Shown here piece after piece: positions 54,513 to 64,000 of a stretch of 64,000 bases of DNA (positions are counted from its first letter, which is position 1; every line of letters begins with the position of its first letter). Under the pieces are notes generated by a model. That model ran no database searches. It saw only the letters and a program-made list of their open reading frames with translations, and was not told the DNA's origin. The position numbers were made by a program, and so were the translations under genes. This DNA comes from Alphaproteobacteria bacterium. Its GTDB lineage: Bacteria > Pseudomonadota > Alphaproteobacteria > SP197. The stretch is taken from the NCBI GenBank assembly GCA_964291415.2, contig OZ219917.1:416001-480000 (forward strand). The letters are read 5' to 3'.

Positions 54513-55287
54513 CCGTTCACTTCATCGGCGCCGGGCCGGGTGCGGCCGATCTCGTGACGGTGCGTGGCCGCAGACTGATCCGTTCATCGCCGCTCGTGCT
54601 TTACGCCGGTTCCCTGGTACCCCGCGAACTCGTTGCCGAAGCGGCTGCCGGTGCGCGCGTTGTCGACACCGCACCTCTTCATCTCGACGAGATCATCGAT
54701 CTCATGGCCGGGGCCAGCCACGCCGGTGACGATGTCGCCCGCCTGCAGTCCGGCGACCCCTCTCTCTACGGCGCCATCGCCGAGCAGATACGCCGCCTCG
54801 ACGCTCTCGGAATCGCCTGGGACATCACGCCGGGCGTTCCCTCGTTTGCCGCCGCCGCCGCCGCCATCGGCCGGGAACTCACCCTGCCGGAGGTCTCGCA
54901 GACGGTCATCCTCACGCGGACCGCCGTGCGGGCGAGCGCCATGCCGGAAGGCGAGAACCTGGCCGACCTGGCCCGCACCGGCGCCACCCTCGCGATCCAT
55001 CTCTCCGTCAACAACCTCGCGCGCGTTGTGCGCACGCTGGTTCTGCCCGGTGATCGTCGCCTATCGCGTCGGCTGGCCCGACGAGCTGCTGATCCACGGC
55101 ACGCTCGATGACATCGTTGTGACGGGACAGGGACCTCAGGCGCGGCTCTGCAGCCGGGTCCTCCGGGGAGGCCCGGATCACGCGAACGGCGCTCATTCTC
55201 GTCGGGCGCGTCCTCGACGGGACGGATTTCCGTTCAAGCATGCTCTACGACGAGACCCACCACCACGTGCTGCGGCCCCGGCGCTGA
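54509..55287 (+). pseudogene. cobM: Precorrin-4 C11-methyltransferase with two frameshifts
   Basis: [17 protein letters not shown] and SGDPSLYG in the first frame. [14 protein letters not shown] continues in a second frame from 55044. ITRTALILVG...LYD..H.H.LRPRR* follows after another shift, from 55177 to TGA at 55285-55287. Confidence 0.88.
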
Positions 55288-55472
55288 ACAATGTTGCTGT
55301 TTCGAACTCCGGCGCGCTCGCCTGTCCGACGTCATGAGCCCCCATTGGTGTCGATCCAGGGAGGTAACCCGTCCTTACGGTCCGATTTCCGGTCCATGGG
55401 GCACGGTACAGCCCAGATTGGCAAACCACGCGAGACCTGCACATTCGACATCGGTTTCGCTGATTCTGACCA

Positions 55473-56044
55473 TCACGCCGCGGCTCTACCTGTTCCCAGA
55501 ATGAATCTTGCGCGTTCGCGGCGAAGCATCTCGTACGGGGTCATGCAGCGCAGGCCGAGGCCGATGCAGGCGTTCGGAATCTTTATCTTGCTGGCGGTGT
55601 CTGCGGGAACTTCGTGCGTGACGACGATGCACTCGTGCACACCCCCAATCACGCCGATTGATCAACCAATCCAGCGAGTCACTTGAGGGTCGATGAAGTT
55701 CCGGCTAGGGCATGGGCGACCAGCCAGTAGTCGGCAATCTGCAGGAAGGTTGCGACGGCAGTCGGTTGGTATCCATAGCCGCTCGCCCAATCGCTCACGG
55801 TGCGGAGCGCCGGCAAAATCGAGTCATCCAGCGGCAGAAAGAAACCGTCGCCCCGATCTGCAGCCCACTCGGCCAGTTCGTCCCCTCCGGCCTGAAGTTC
55901 GTCGGCAACCTTCTCGATGCTCGCGACCTTGCCCGCGCGATTTTGCTCAACCAGCCAGTCCCAGAAGGCGGGACAGAAATCAAAGCCGTAGTGCAGATTC
56001 TTGGCCTGGATGAAGACGTTCGAATCGACGAGGTAGGTTGTCAT
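55473..56044 (-). pseudogene. DUF4411-family PIN-like protein interrupted by a 65-bp insert
   Basis: N-part YLVDSNVFIQAKN.HYGFDFCPAFWDWL...ADYWLVAHALA. C-part HECIVVTHEV..KIKIPNAC..LG..CMTPYEMLRRE.ARF resumes out of frame at 55637 and ends at TGA 55473. Confidence 0.85.
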
Positions 56045-57195
56045 CCCATCACCCCGGCTTCGCGCCCGAGATTGTTGAAGGTCTCAGTCTTCTTGACCCC
56101 TAACATCCGGAACGCGTCCCGATACAGCGTCTGGCCCTCGAGTGTGCTCACCACCAGTGCGCGTGCGAACCGTCGCCCGACACGCGCGACCGTTGTACGA
56201 TAGAAATTGCCGCCGTCGTTGCCCGTCTGGACCTGCGTGCTCAGACGCACGTTTTCTTGCGTCCAGGCCGAGTCAAAGCGCTCGCGAGTCAGCCATCCCG
56301 CATCGAGCAGGCGGCGCAGAATGACCAGTGTGCTGACCTTGAAAATGCGCGCCAGCCGGAGCAGAGACTCGTCCAGGGGCTCGTTTCGTCGCAAGTCGGA
56401 TTGCAGAACACTCAGTGGCACCAGAAGTTCGGCCGCTACCGCGTTGCACCACACCTCCTCACGGCAGAACCCCGAACCTGGCGCGGCTCCGAGATTCGAC
56501 AGTGCGGAGGCGCCAAGCCAGACATGCGCCAGTTCGTGTGCGAGCGTGAACATCTGCGCCGCTTTGGTATCCTTGCCGTTGACGAAGATCAGCGGCGCGA
56601 GTGGATCGCATAGCGCGAAACCACGGAACTCGGCGGGGTCGAGAGGGCGGCTGGTGTTGCTCATCACGATACCGCTCACCATGACGAGAATGCCGGCCTC
56701 GTCGGCCTGGCGGATGAACAGACGAAGAGCATCGGCCCAGGTCTGACACTCCCGGCGGGTGTCGAGATCGAAGCTCAAAGCCTCCCGCATCCGCGTGGCG
56801 ACGGTTTCCGGAGACATGCCTATGGAGGCACTGCCGACGAAGCCGAGATCCGGATTGCCAGCAACGCGGGCGAAATTCCGATACCAACTCTGCCGTTCCT
56901 GGCAAGTGTAGATCGTGTCCAGCAGATTCGGGCTGGGTCGCGTGATCGTGCGTCCTGCGAAGGTTCGGAAGTCCGGAATCGGAATGGTCTCCTCGGGCGG
57001 CTTCGAGAGGAACAGATAGCCGACTGGCACATGGAGATTTCGTGCCAGGGCTTCAGCCTGTTTCAAGGTGGGCTGAGTCTGGCCATCCTCCCACTCCGAC
57101 AGTCTCTTGAACTTCGTCGCCAGATCTTCCTGTGTGACACCGGCACGCTCACGCGCCCAACGCAAGATCTCCGGACTTACGGGAGCAAGCGTCAT
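56041..57195 (-). CDS. XRE HTH + ImmA/IrrE-family zinc metallopeptidase (DUF955)
   Basis: ILRWARER...WE.G..QPTL HTH, PDFR, EFRGFAL, FTLAHELAH (HExxH) and E.WCN.VAAE.L motifs. Confidence 0.9.
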   Translation of the reverse strand: MTLAPVSPEILRWARERAGVTQEDLATKFKRLSEWEDGQTQPTLKQAEALARNLHVPVGYLFLSKPPEETIPIPDFRTFAGRTITRPSPNLLDTIYTCQERQSWYRNFARVAGNPDLGFVGSASIGMSPETVATRMREALSFDLDTRRECQTWADALRLFIRQADEAGILVMVSGIVMSNTSRPLDPAEFRGFALCDPLAPLIFVNGKDTKAAQMFTLAHELAHVWLGASALSNLGAAPGSGFCREEVWCNAVAAELLVPLSVLQSDLRRNEPLDESLLRLARIFKVSTLVILRRLLDAGWLTRERFDSAWTQENVRLSTQVQTGNDGGNFYRTTVARVGRRFARALVVSTLEGQTLYRDAFRMLGVKKTETFNNLGREAGVMG

Positions 57196-58145
57196 TCTGT
57201 TGCCTCCGAACCGTAGTCCGAGGCTGCCTTGGCCACCTGTTCCGATTGCCATTCGCCATAAGACACACTCGATCCCTCGACTTTCCAGGATGTGCGTCCG
57301 TTGTCGGGCCGTCCGAGAACAACGGCAGACGCTGCACTTGGGCTCCCAAACACGACCTCCTCGGCAAAGCGCAGAAAATCGCCTTCCCCTGCGACGAGTT
57401 TGCCCGACTTGGCAAGTTGCGCATGAAGTCTTGCGTAACTGTGGTTAGTCTTGCTCATCCAAGCGACGACCGCTGTAGAGCCTTCCAGCACCACGAATTC
57501 GCCGCCGACTTCGCGCGCCTTGGCTTCAATTCCATGCTTCTTACTGGACAACCAGAAGGTGGGAGCATGATTGCTGTCTGTCGGGGAGATGACAGTTTCC
57601 GAATCCGTTTGGGAAGCAGGCTTGTGTTGCCGCAGAAAGTCGAAGCCAAGAACAGGCAAGATAAGCCTGAGCTGTTCAATGAAGAACTCCATGTCGGATT
57701 CGTCGGCTTCGGGTAGCCCGGGTGTTGGCGGTGCTGTCCCGTTCACGACATTGGCGTTGCCGGAAGCGTTTGCGATGGCAATCAGACGCGCTTCCAGATA
57801 GCGCGCATGCGCCTTCGTTATGTTCTGATCCTTGCTAGTGACCACACAGGTGCGTTCCCAGAAGTCCTTTCCCTCATCCTTGTTGTGCTGCACGAGCCGT
57901 TTGCGGACGACATCGCTCTCGCCTATGTAGACCAGGAGCATTCCGGAGCCCTCTGGATCGGGTCCGGTGAGAAAGTAGACACCGGTGCGCTCAAGTTCTG
58001 CGCGCTTCAGGAAGGCCGGCAGCCCGCTTCGGGATCCGGTGAGAACATGGCCCGTCCAGTTCATGATCTCCGCCGTGGTGAGCCCCGCAGCGGCACCTTC
58101 TGCGAGGAAAAGTCGAACCGTCTTTCCGAGCAATGGATTTGTCAT
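57192..58145 (-). CDS. GIY-YIG nuclease-domain protein with C-terminal DUF4357-like domain
   Basis: GVYFL...VYIGES..R..QH..KDFW, YLE..LI; C-terminal FVVL.GS...F.SPSAA...VLG...NG..SWK. Confidence 0.85.
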   Translation of the reverse strand: MTNPLLGKTVRLFLAEGAAAGLTTAEIMNWTGHVLTGSRSGLPAFLKRAELERTGVYFLTGPDPEGSGMLLVYIGESDVVRKRLVQHNKDEGKDFWERTCVVTSKDQNITKAHARYLEARLIAIANASGNANVVNGTAPPTPGLPEADESDMEFFIEQLRLILPVLGFDFLRQHKPASQTDSETVISPTDSNHAPTFWLSSKKHGIEAKAREVGGEFVVLEGSTAVVAWMSKTNHSYARLHAQLAKSGKLVAGEGDFLRFAEEVVFGSPSAASAVVLGRPDNGRTSWKVEGSSVSYGEWQSEQVAKAASDYGSEATE

Positions 58146-58669
58146 GGCCTCAATCGTCTACCCTTGCGCAACAGGACAGGTCTTCCGCGTCCGCACGCAG
58201 CAGCGTTGGCCGCACCTTGGTATCAATCCGCGGCCCGACGGATGTTGCGTCTTCCGATTCATTATACCTGCCCAGCGAGTCGATGGATCGGAACCGCCCA
58301 TCAGGAGCACGGAATCTCCAGTTTTCGTATCACACACTCTCGCAACCCCGCCGTCATGGACTCATCGAACCTCTTGAGGCTGGGAAATGACCACCCGGCG
58401 ACTGCGCGCATCTAGACCCCGTTCCGTGCAGCCGCTCATTTCGATGGTGCTTGCAATTGTGGAGCATCCCAAAACCCTCCAGGAGATACGCATCATTTTG
58501 GGCATTGCAGGCGTCGCCTTCGCGTTGGCTGTAGCTCCCGTTGACTTGCATCCTGCCGCCGCATCCAGACAAGCGGCAGAGTATGGTGTTCCCGGTTTTC
58601 TCGCCATCGCAGTGTTCGGGCCACGTATTCGGGCGATGCGAATCTGTTCCAGGGACGCAGGAGAAAGGC

Positions 58670-59539
58670 TCAGTTATCCCAGCGGCGGTGGAGCCACAGC
58701 CACTGCTCGGGGTATTCGCGGATCCAGTCTTCGTAGGTGGCGTTGATCGCCCGCAGCATGGCGTGAACGTCCTTTTCCGGGTCTCCGGTCCTGTCGATTT
58801 CCAGGGGCTGGAAGAGGTGCACGTGAAAGCGTGCCCTGGGCTTGCGCAGGACGCGGATGGGAATGAGCGGGATGTCGTGCCGGAGCGCCAGTTCGGCAAG
58901 GGCCGGAGCGGTCTTCGCCTCCCGGCCGAAGAAGGGGACCGCGACCCCTTGCGAGTACTTCTGGTCGGCGAGGACGGCGATGGCGCCCTTGCGGCGTATG
59001 CCCTTCAACACCATCTGGGAGCCCTTGCGTCCCTTCGGCGCCCATGTGCCGCCGCATTGGAGCCGGCACGCCTGGATCAGGCGCTCGGCCAGCGGATTGT
59101 TCGCCTGGCGGTAGATGACGGTGACGTCGATGTCCTTCTGGGTGGCGAGCAGGGTGCCGAGGTCGAAGCAGCCGAAGTGGGCGCCCACGAAGATTGCCGG
59201 CAGGTTGGCGAATTCATCGAGACCCGGGTCGCGGGTAATGGTCACGCGCGTGCCGCCATAGACGTCGATGGCGTGGAGATGCGGAAACTCGGCCACGAGA
59301 CGCCCGAAGTTGTCCCACATGCCGGTGATGATGCGCTGCACCTCGTCCCCGGCGATGCCGGGAAAACTCCCCTCGATGTTGCGCCGGGCGATCCGGTTGC
59401 GCGAGACGGCGACGCGTCCTGCGAGGCGTCCGAGACAACCGCCGAGAGCCGAGGCGCTCTCGATCCCGATGGCCCGGAACAGCGTGAATCCCAGCCACAG
59501 GAATCCGGCTTCGATGACTTCGCGCGGACCTGCCTTCAT
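58670..59539 (-). CDS. lpxL: Lipid A late acyltransferase (LpxL/HtrB family)
   Basis: AHFGCFD (H-x4-D), LADQ, VPFFG and WIR..PEQWLWLHRRW motifs. Confidence 0.9.
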   Translation of the reverse strand: MKAGPREVIEAGFLWLGFTLFRAIGIESASALGGCLGRLAGRVAVSRNRIARRNIEGSFPGIAGDEVQRIITGMWDNFGRLVAEFPHLHAIDVYGGTRVTITRDPGLDEFANLPAIFVGAHFGCFDLGTLLATQKDIDVTVIYRQANNPLAERLIQACRLQCGGTWAPKGRKGSQMVLKGIRRKGAIAVLADQKYSQGVAVPFFGREAKTAPALAELALRHDIPLIPIRVLRKPRARFHVHLFQPLEIDRTGDPEKDVHAMLRAINATYEDWIREYPEQWLWLHRRWDN

Positions 59540-60513
59540 GATGCGGCAATCCCGACCCGATCGATCAGGGCATCAAGGGCGTCCTCTTCCCGGAACACCA
59601 TGCGTACCGGAACCGGCTCGGCCAGGGGACGCGTTGCTTCATCGAGGCGCACCCAGTCCTTTTCCGTCGTCACAAGCCTCGCGCCGAGGGCGTTTGCTTC
59701 CTCGAACATCGCGGTCACGGTCATCGGATCATACCGGTGATGATCGGCAAAGCTCCGTGTCTTCACCACGTCGGCGCCATGTTCCTCGAGAGTGGCGAAG
59801 AACTTGCCGGGCCTGGCGATCCCGGCGAAGGCGAAGAGCGGCAGGCCGTCACCCGGAATGCGACCGGCCTGCAGGCGGGCATGGAGGACGCACAGACCCT
59901 CGTCCGCCAGCGTCTTGCCCAGGCTGCGGGGATCATCGCCGACGATGACCGCCGTGCCGGCGCGCGACAGTGCGTCGGCCAGGGGCTCGCGCAAGGGTCC
60001 GGCAGGCAACACCTTCGCGTTGCCGAAACCGCGTGGGCCGTCAATGACGATGAAGGAGAGCGTGCGGGCGAGACGGGCGTTCTGCAGGCCGTCATCCATG
60101 ACAAGAATGTCGGCACCGGCGTTGACCGCCGCCGCTGCCGCCCGCGCCCTGTTCCTTGCCACCCAGACCGGTGCATGGCGTGCCAGCAGAAGGGGCTCGT
60201 CCCCCACGTCGCGGGAGGTGTGGCGCCCGGGATCAACGGTCACCGGCCCGGCGCAGCGGCCGCCATAGCCGCGCGACAGGATGTGGGGTTGCCAGCCGCG
60301 GGAAGAGAGCCGGTCGGTGAGAGCCCGCGCCGCAGGCGTCTTGCCGCCGCCGCCCACGGTGACATTGCCGACACACAACACGGGTACCGGCGCCCTCCAG
60401 GGCCGCGTCGCCGTTCTGCTGAGGCGCGTTGCCGCGGTCCACACGCCGGCAAGGGGCTGCAGGGCCCGTGCCGTCAGGCCGTCACTCTCCCAGAATGCCG
60501 GCTCGCGGATCAT
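59536..60513 (-). CDS. lpxK: Tetraacyldisaccharide 4'-kinase
   Basis: CVGN.TVGG.GKTP, SRGYGG, GDEPLLLA, MDDGLQ and TTEKD motifs. Confidence 0.96.
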   Translation of the reverse strand: MIREPAFWESDGLTARALQPLAGVWTAATRLSRTATRPWRAPVPVLCVGNVTVGGGGKTPAARALTDRLSSRGWQPHILSRGYGGRCAGPVTVDPGRHTSRDVGDEPLLLARHAPVWVARNRARAAAAAVNAGADILVMDDGLQNARLARTLSFIVIDGPRGFGNAKVLPAGPLREPLADALSRAGTAVIVGDDPRSLGKTLADEGLCVLHARLQAGRIPGDGLPLFAFAGIARPGKFFATLEEHGADVVKTRSFADHHRYDPMTVTAMFEEANALGARLVTTEKDWVRLDEATRPLAEPVPVRMVFREEDALDALIDRVGIAAS

Positions 60514-61778
60514 GGCTCCTGATCGAAGAGCGGTTGCAGTGCCTCGAAGGCCCGGTCCAGCACACCTGCGGCGTCATCTTCGACGATGGTCCTCGCCCGT
60601 TCACCCATGGTGCGGCAGGCCGGTTCATCTCCAAGTAGTCCGGCGATATGGTGGCGCAGGGACGCGGCATCGGCAACCTCGACGGCCCCGCCCGCCGCCA
60701 CGAGCCTGCGGGCGATATCGGCGAAGTTCTGCATGTGCGGTCCGAACACGGTCGCCTTTCCCAGCCATGCCGCCTCGCGCGGGTTGTGACCACCGTGTTC
60801 AAGCATGGATTTGCCGATGAAGACCGGATTGCCGAGACCGAGATAGAGGCCCATCTCTCCGATGCTGTCGCCGAGGAAGATATCCGTGGCGGAGTCCGGC
60901 ATGTCCGCGTGCGACCGTCGCGCTACCGTGAGACCGCGCGCCATTGCCTCGTCGGCAATGCCGTCGGCCCGTGCCGGATGGCGTGGCACGATAACCGTGA
61001 GCAGCCCGTCGATCGTGGCGGTCAGATCCAGGTGAATGTCGCAGGCCAGCCGTTCCTCGCCTTCGTGTGTGCTGATCGCCAGCCAGACACGGCGCCCCGC
61101 CACGGCGTCTCCCAAACACGCCAGGACCTCCGGATCAGCCTGGGGCGGGCCGGCTGTCGCCTTGAGATCGCCGGTGACCACGACCCGCGCTGCACCCAGG
61201 GCGGCGAACTGCCTGCCCTGGCTGTTGCCGGGGACAAGGATGGTGGTGAAGCCGCCAACAAGCCTGCGGCTGAAGGCAGGAAGGCGACTCCACCGGGCAA
61301 AGGAGCGATCGGACAGACGTCCGTTCACGAGCGCGGTGGGAATGTGCCGACGCTGCGCCTCAAGGAGGAGATTGGGCCACAGTTCCGATTCGACCCACAG
61401 GGCTGCATCCGGTCGCCACCTGTCGAGGAAGCGCGCCACCGCTCCCGGAGTGTCGAAGGGGATGTACTGGTGGATGGAACCGGGCGGCTGCCGCATCGCC
61501 AGTGCCGCGGCAGCCGAGGTCGTCATGGTGGTGAAGAGAACGCCCGTGCCATGGGCTCGGGTCAGTCTTTCGGCAAGGGGCAGCACGGACAGAGACTCTC
61601 CGACGCTGGCGGCATGGATCCACAGGAGAGGTCCTTCGGGTCGCGAAACCGTGCTCCGTCCGAGCCGTTCCTCCCGGCGCGCCGGATCCTCCTTGCCGCG
61701 CCGCAGGCGCCGCTCGATGAGGAGGGGAGCAAGGGGTTCGAGGAGGGCAGTGGTGTGGCGGTAGAGTCCCTGGATCAT
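60510..61778 (-). CDS. waaA: Kdo transferase
   Basis: WIHAASVGE, ESELWPN, VPRHP.R, D.IGEMG and GGHNP.E motifs. Confidence 0.96.
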   Translation of the reverse strand: MIQGLYRHTTALLEPLAPLLIERRLRRGKEDPARREERLGRSTVSRPEGPLLWIHAASVGESLSVLPLAERLTRAHGTGVLFTTMTTSAAAALAMRQPPGSIHQYIPFDTPGAVARFLDRWRPDAALWVESELWPNLLLEAQRRHIPTALVNGRLSDRSFARWSRLPAFSRRLVGGFTTILVPGNSQGRQFAALGAARVVVTGDLKATAGPPQADPEVLACLGDAVAGRRVWLAISTHEGEERLACDIHLDLTATIDGLLTVIVPRHPARADGIADEAMARGLTVARRSHADMPDSATDIFLGDSIGEMGLYLGLGNPVFIGKSMLEHGGHNPREAAWLGKATVFGPHMQNFADIARRLVAAGGAVEVADAASLRHHIAGLLGDEPACRTMGERARTIVEDDAAGVLDRAFEALQPLFDQEP

Positions 61779-63562
61779 GGCACCCTGGCGGAGCCGTCGA
61801 CAGTTTCCTCCTCGACCGGCTGCAGGCGTGACAACTGGGCATAGAGTCCGCCCTGGGCCAGCAACGTGTCGTGGGTGCCGGACTCGACGATTCGTCCATC
61901 ATTGAGGACATGGATGACGTCGGCATCGGCAATGGTGCTGAGCCGGTGGGCCACGACAATCGATGTACGGCCGCTGGTAAGGCGGGCGAGGGCCTGCTGG
62001 ACCTGGCGTTCCGATTCGGAATCAAGGGAGCTGGTGGCTTCGTCAAGAATGAGGATCGGCGCGTCGCGCAGCACGGCCCGGGCGATGGAGATTCTCTGTC
62101 GCTGGCCTCCCGACAGGCGGATGCCGTTTTCGCCGATGAGAGTCCCGTAGCCGTGGTCGAGTTTCTCGATGAAGTGGTGGGCGTCGGCAACCCGTGCCGC
62201 CGCCTCGATCTCGTCCGGCGAGGCGTTCGGCTTGCCGAAGGCAATGTTGGCCTCGATGGTGTCGTTGAAGAGCACGACCTCCTGGCTCACAACGGCAACC
62301 GCGTCGCGCAGGCTCGCCAGGGTAACGTCACGCACGTCGAAACCGTCGATCGAGATTTCTCCCCTGTCGACATCGTAGAAGCGGGCAACAAGGTTGAGGG
62401 CGGTCGATTTTCCGGCGCCCGAGGGTCCGACGAGGGCGGTGGTCTGACCGGCCGGCGCCTCGAAGGACACGTCATCGAGGATCGGCTTGTCATGGTAGGC
62501 AAATGAGACGTCATCGAACCTCACCGTGCCACCCTCGACTGACAGCGGTCGAGCGTTCTCGCGATCCTGGATTGCCGGTCTGATGTCGATGAGGGCGAAC
62601 ACCCGCTGGGCGGCGGCCAACCCCTGCTGCAGGGTGTTGTTGAGGCGGGCAAAGCTCTTGAGAGGCCGGTAGGCGAGGAGCAGGGCGGTGATGAAGCTGA
62701 AGAAGGCGCCGGGAGTGGTGGTGCCCTCGATGACCTTGAGCCCGCCGTAGACGATGGTGGCGCCAATGGCGATGCCGGCCAGGGATTCCATGATGGGCGA
62801 GATCGATTCGCTGGTCTTTACGGTCCTGACACTGCGCCGGAAGAGAAGGTGGATTCGGTCGCCAAGGCGCGCCATGTGGTGGCCTTCCTGACCGTAAGCC
62901 TTGATGTGGCGGATGCCGCGGAGCATGTCGGAAATGAAGCTCGTGATGTGCTCGCGCTCGATCGCCACCTCGCGCGATCTGATCCTGACCTTGCGTCCGA
63001 TCCTCTGGACGCTGGCGAAGGCGGCGGGGAAGATGAAGAACGAAATGAGGCCCAGGACCCAGTCCTGGTAGAACATCATGGCGGCGAGGAAGATGAGGGT
63101 CAGCAGGTCCTTGACCATCGTTGTCAGGGTCTGCGCCACCGTCGACTGCAGGGCGTCGACGTTGGTCATGCACCCGGCGATCAGGGCGCCGGTCGAGGCC
63201 TTGTGGAAATACGCCAGGTCGGCGCGAATCAGACTGCGGCAGACCCTTTCTCGTATGTCCGCGACGATGCGCATGGAGGTGCGGGCCATGATCACCGCCT
63301 GGGCGTACTCCGAAAGACCCTTGACGAAGAAGAGCAGGAAGACGGCAATGGTGATCCACACCAGTTGTCCGCGATCCTTCTCGATGAAGACCTCGTCGAG
63401 GATGGGCTGGACCAGCCAGGCATAGCCCGCCGTGCTGCCGGCGACGAGACCCATGAAGACGATGGCGACGAGAATGCGCGGGATGTAGCGGCGGACATGT
63501 TCACGCACGATGCGCTCGACAATGGCGCGTGTCGTGAGATCGACAGTGTCGGTTGTTGTCAT
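61775..63562 (-). CDS. msbA: Lipid A flippase-type ABC transporter (MsbA-like)
   Basis: Six-TM domain, GPSGAGKS, LSGGQRQR and LDEATSSLD; adjacent to waaA-lpxK. Confidence 0.85.
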   Translation of the reverse strand: MTTTDTVDLTTRAIVERIVREHVRRYIPRILVAIVFMGLVAGSTAGYAWLVQPILDEVFIEKDRGQLVWITIAVFLLFFVKGLSEYAQAVIMARTSMRIVADIRERVCRSLIRADLAYFHKASTGALIAGCMTNVDALQSTVAQTLTTMVKDLLTLIFLAAMMFYQDWVLGLISFFIFPAAFASVQRIGRKVRIRSREVAIEREHITSFISDMLRGIRHIKAYGQEGHHMARLGDRIHLLFRRSVRTVKTSESISPIMESLAGIAIGATIVYGGLKVIEGTTTPGAFFSFITALLLAYRPLKSFARLNNTLQQGLAAAQRVFALIDIRPAIQDRENARPLSVEGGTVRFDDVSFAYHDKPILDDVSFEAPAGQTTALVGPSGAGKSTALNLVARFYDVDRGEISIDGFDVRDVTLASLRDAVAVVSQEVVLFNDTIEANIAFGKPNASPDEIEAAARVADAHHFIEKLDHGYGTLIGENGIRLSGGQRQRISIARAVLRDAPILILDEATSSLDSESERQVQQALARLTSGRTSIVVAHRLSTIADADVIHVLNDGRIVESGTHDTLLAQGGLYAQLSRLQPVEEETVDGSARVP

Positions 63563-63629
63563 CGGCGCTCGCGCGGAAGGGTTCCGGATGAGTGTTCTAC
63601 CGCAAGACAGCGCGTCATGCGCCACTTCA

Positions 63630-64000
63630 TCAGCCGACGCTGCCTGCCACCGTCATCGTGTCGACCCTGATGCTCGGCGCATTGGTTGCGGCCCGGAACT
63701 CGAGATCACTGGCTGGGCGCAGGGTGGCGTAGATCTCCTTCAGGTTTCCGGCAATGGTGATCTCGTTGACCGCGTGGTCGAGCGTGCCGTTGCGAATGCG
63801 CTGCCCCGACGCGCCTCTGCTGTAGTCTCCGGTCACCGGGTTGATGCCATGGCCGCTGAGCGACGTGACATAGAGTCCCTCGTCGATGTCCGCCATCAGG
63901 TCTTCGGGTGAGTCGTCTCCCGCCTCGAGCCACAGGTTGGTCGTGCCGACCGAGGGTGGGCCGCCGGCACCCCGGGTAGCGTGGCCAGTGGGCTGCATGG
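63630..64000 (-). CDS. pmbA: TldE/PmbA family protein, C-terminal part (5'-truncated by window edge)
   Basis: TGHA, G.GIN.VTGDYSRGASG, EITIAGNL and C-terminal MTVAG motifs. Confidence 0.9.
   Translation of the reverse strand, partial: MQPTGHATRGAGGPPSVGTTNLWLEAGDDSPEDLMADIDEGLYVTSLSGHGINPVTGDYSRGASGQRIRNGTLDHAVNEITIAGNLKEIYATLRPASDLEFRAATNAPSIRVDTMTVAGSVG

Noticed and set aside
55030-55180. Programmed frameshifting in cobM
   Set aside because: There is no slippery heptamer, and the lesions involve missing and extra sequence rather than a simple -1/+1 shift.

Overview
High-GC alphaproteobacterial chromosome segment, mostly core genes in familiar order: fatty-acyl-CoA catabolic genes next to tRNA-Ser(GCT), a Rieske oxygenase, maeB, phoR-pstSCAB-phoU-phoB, a HIT gene, a heterotetrameric sarcosine oxidase/N-methylglutamate dehydrogenase-type operon, gshB-BON / lpoA-like / hemW-rdgB-rph / hrcA-grpE-dnaK-dnaJ-dapB, phoX, PBP1A-gyrB-recF-dnaN-dnaA-rpsT-mutM / ubiE-coaBC-moeB, a cobalamin cluster (cobH-L-I-cbiG/cobJ-cobM) and lpxL-lpxK-waaA-msbA-pmbA. 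Two small accessory islets hold most of the novelty. (1) ~34.3-37.6 kb carries an esterase plus a PIN toxin paired with a tandem-repeat-domain partner, and is flanked by a decayed second copy of the PBP1A 3' end. (2) ~55.3-58.7 kb carries a translationally coupled GIY-YIG nuclease / XRE-ImmA metallopeptidase / DUF4411-like PIN operon whose last gene is broken by a 65-bp insert, next to a doubly frameshifted cobM. Regulatory oddities are a perfect 3x20-bp tandem repeat abutting the phoX RBS and a strong Pho-box-like site positioned as a promoter for mutM. All family calls come from motif recognition by eye, not from database searches.
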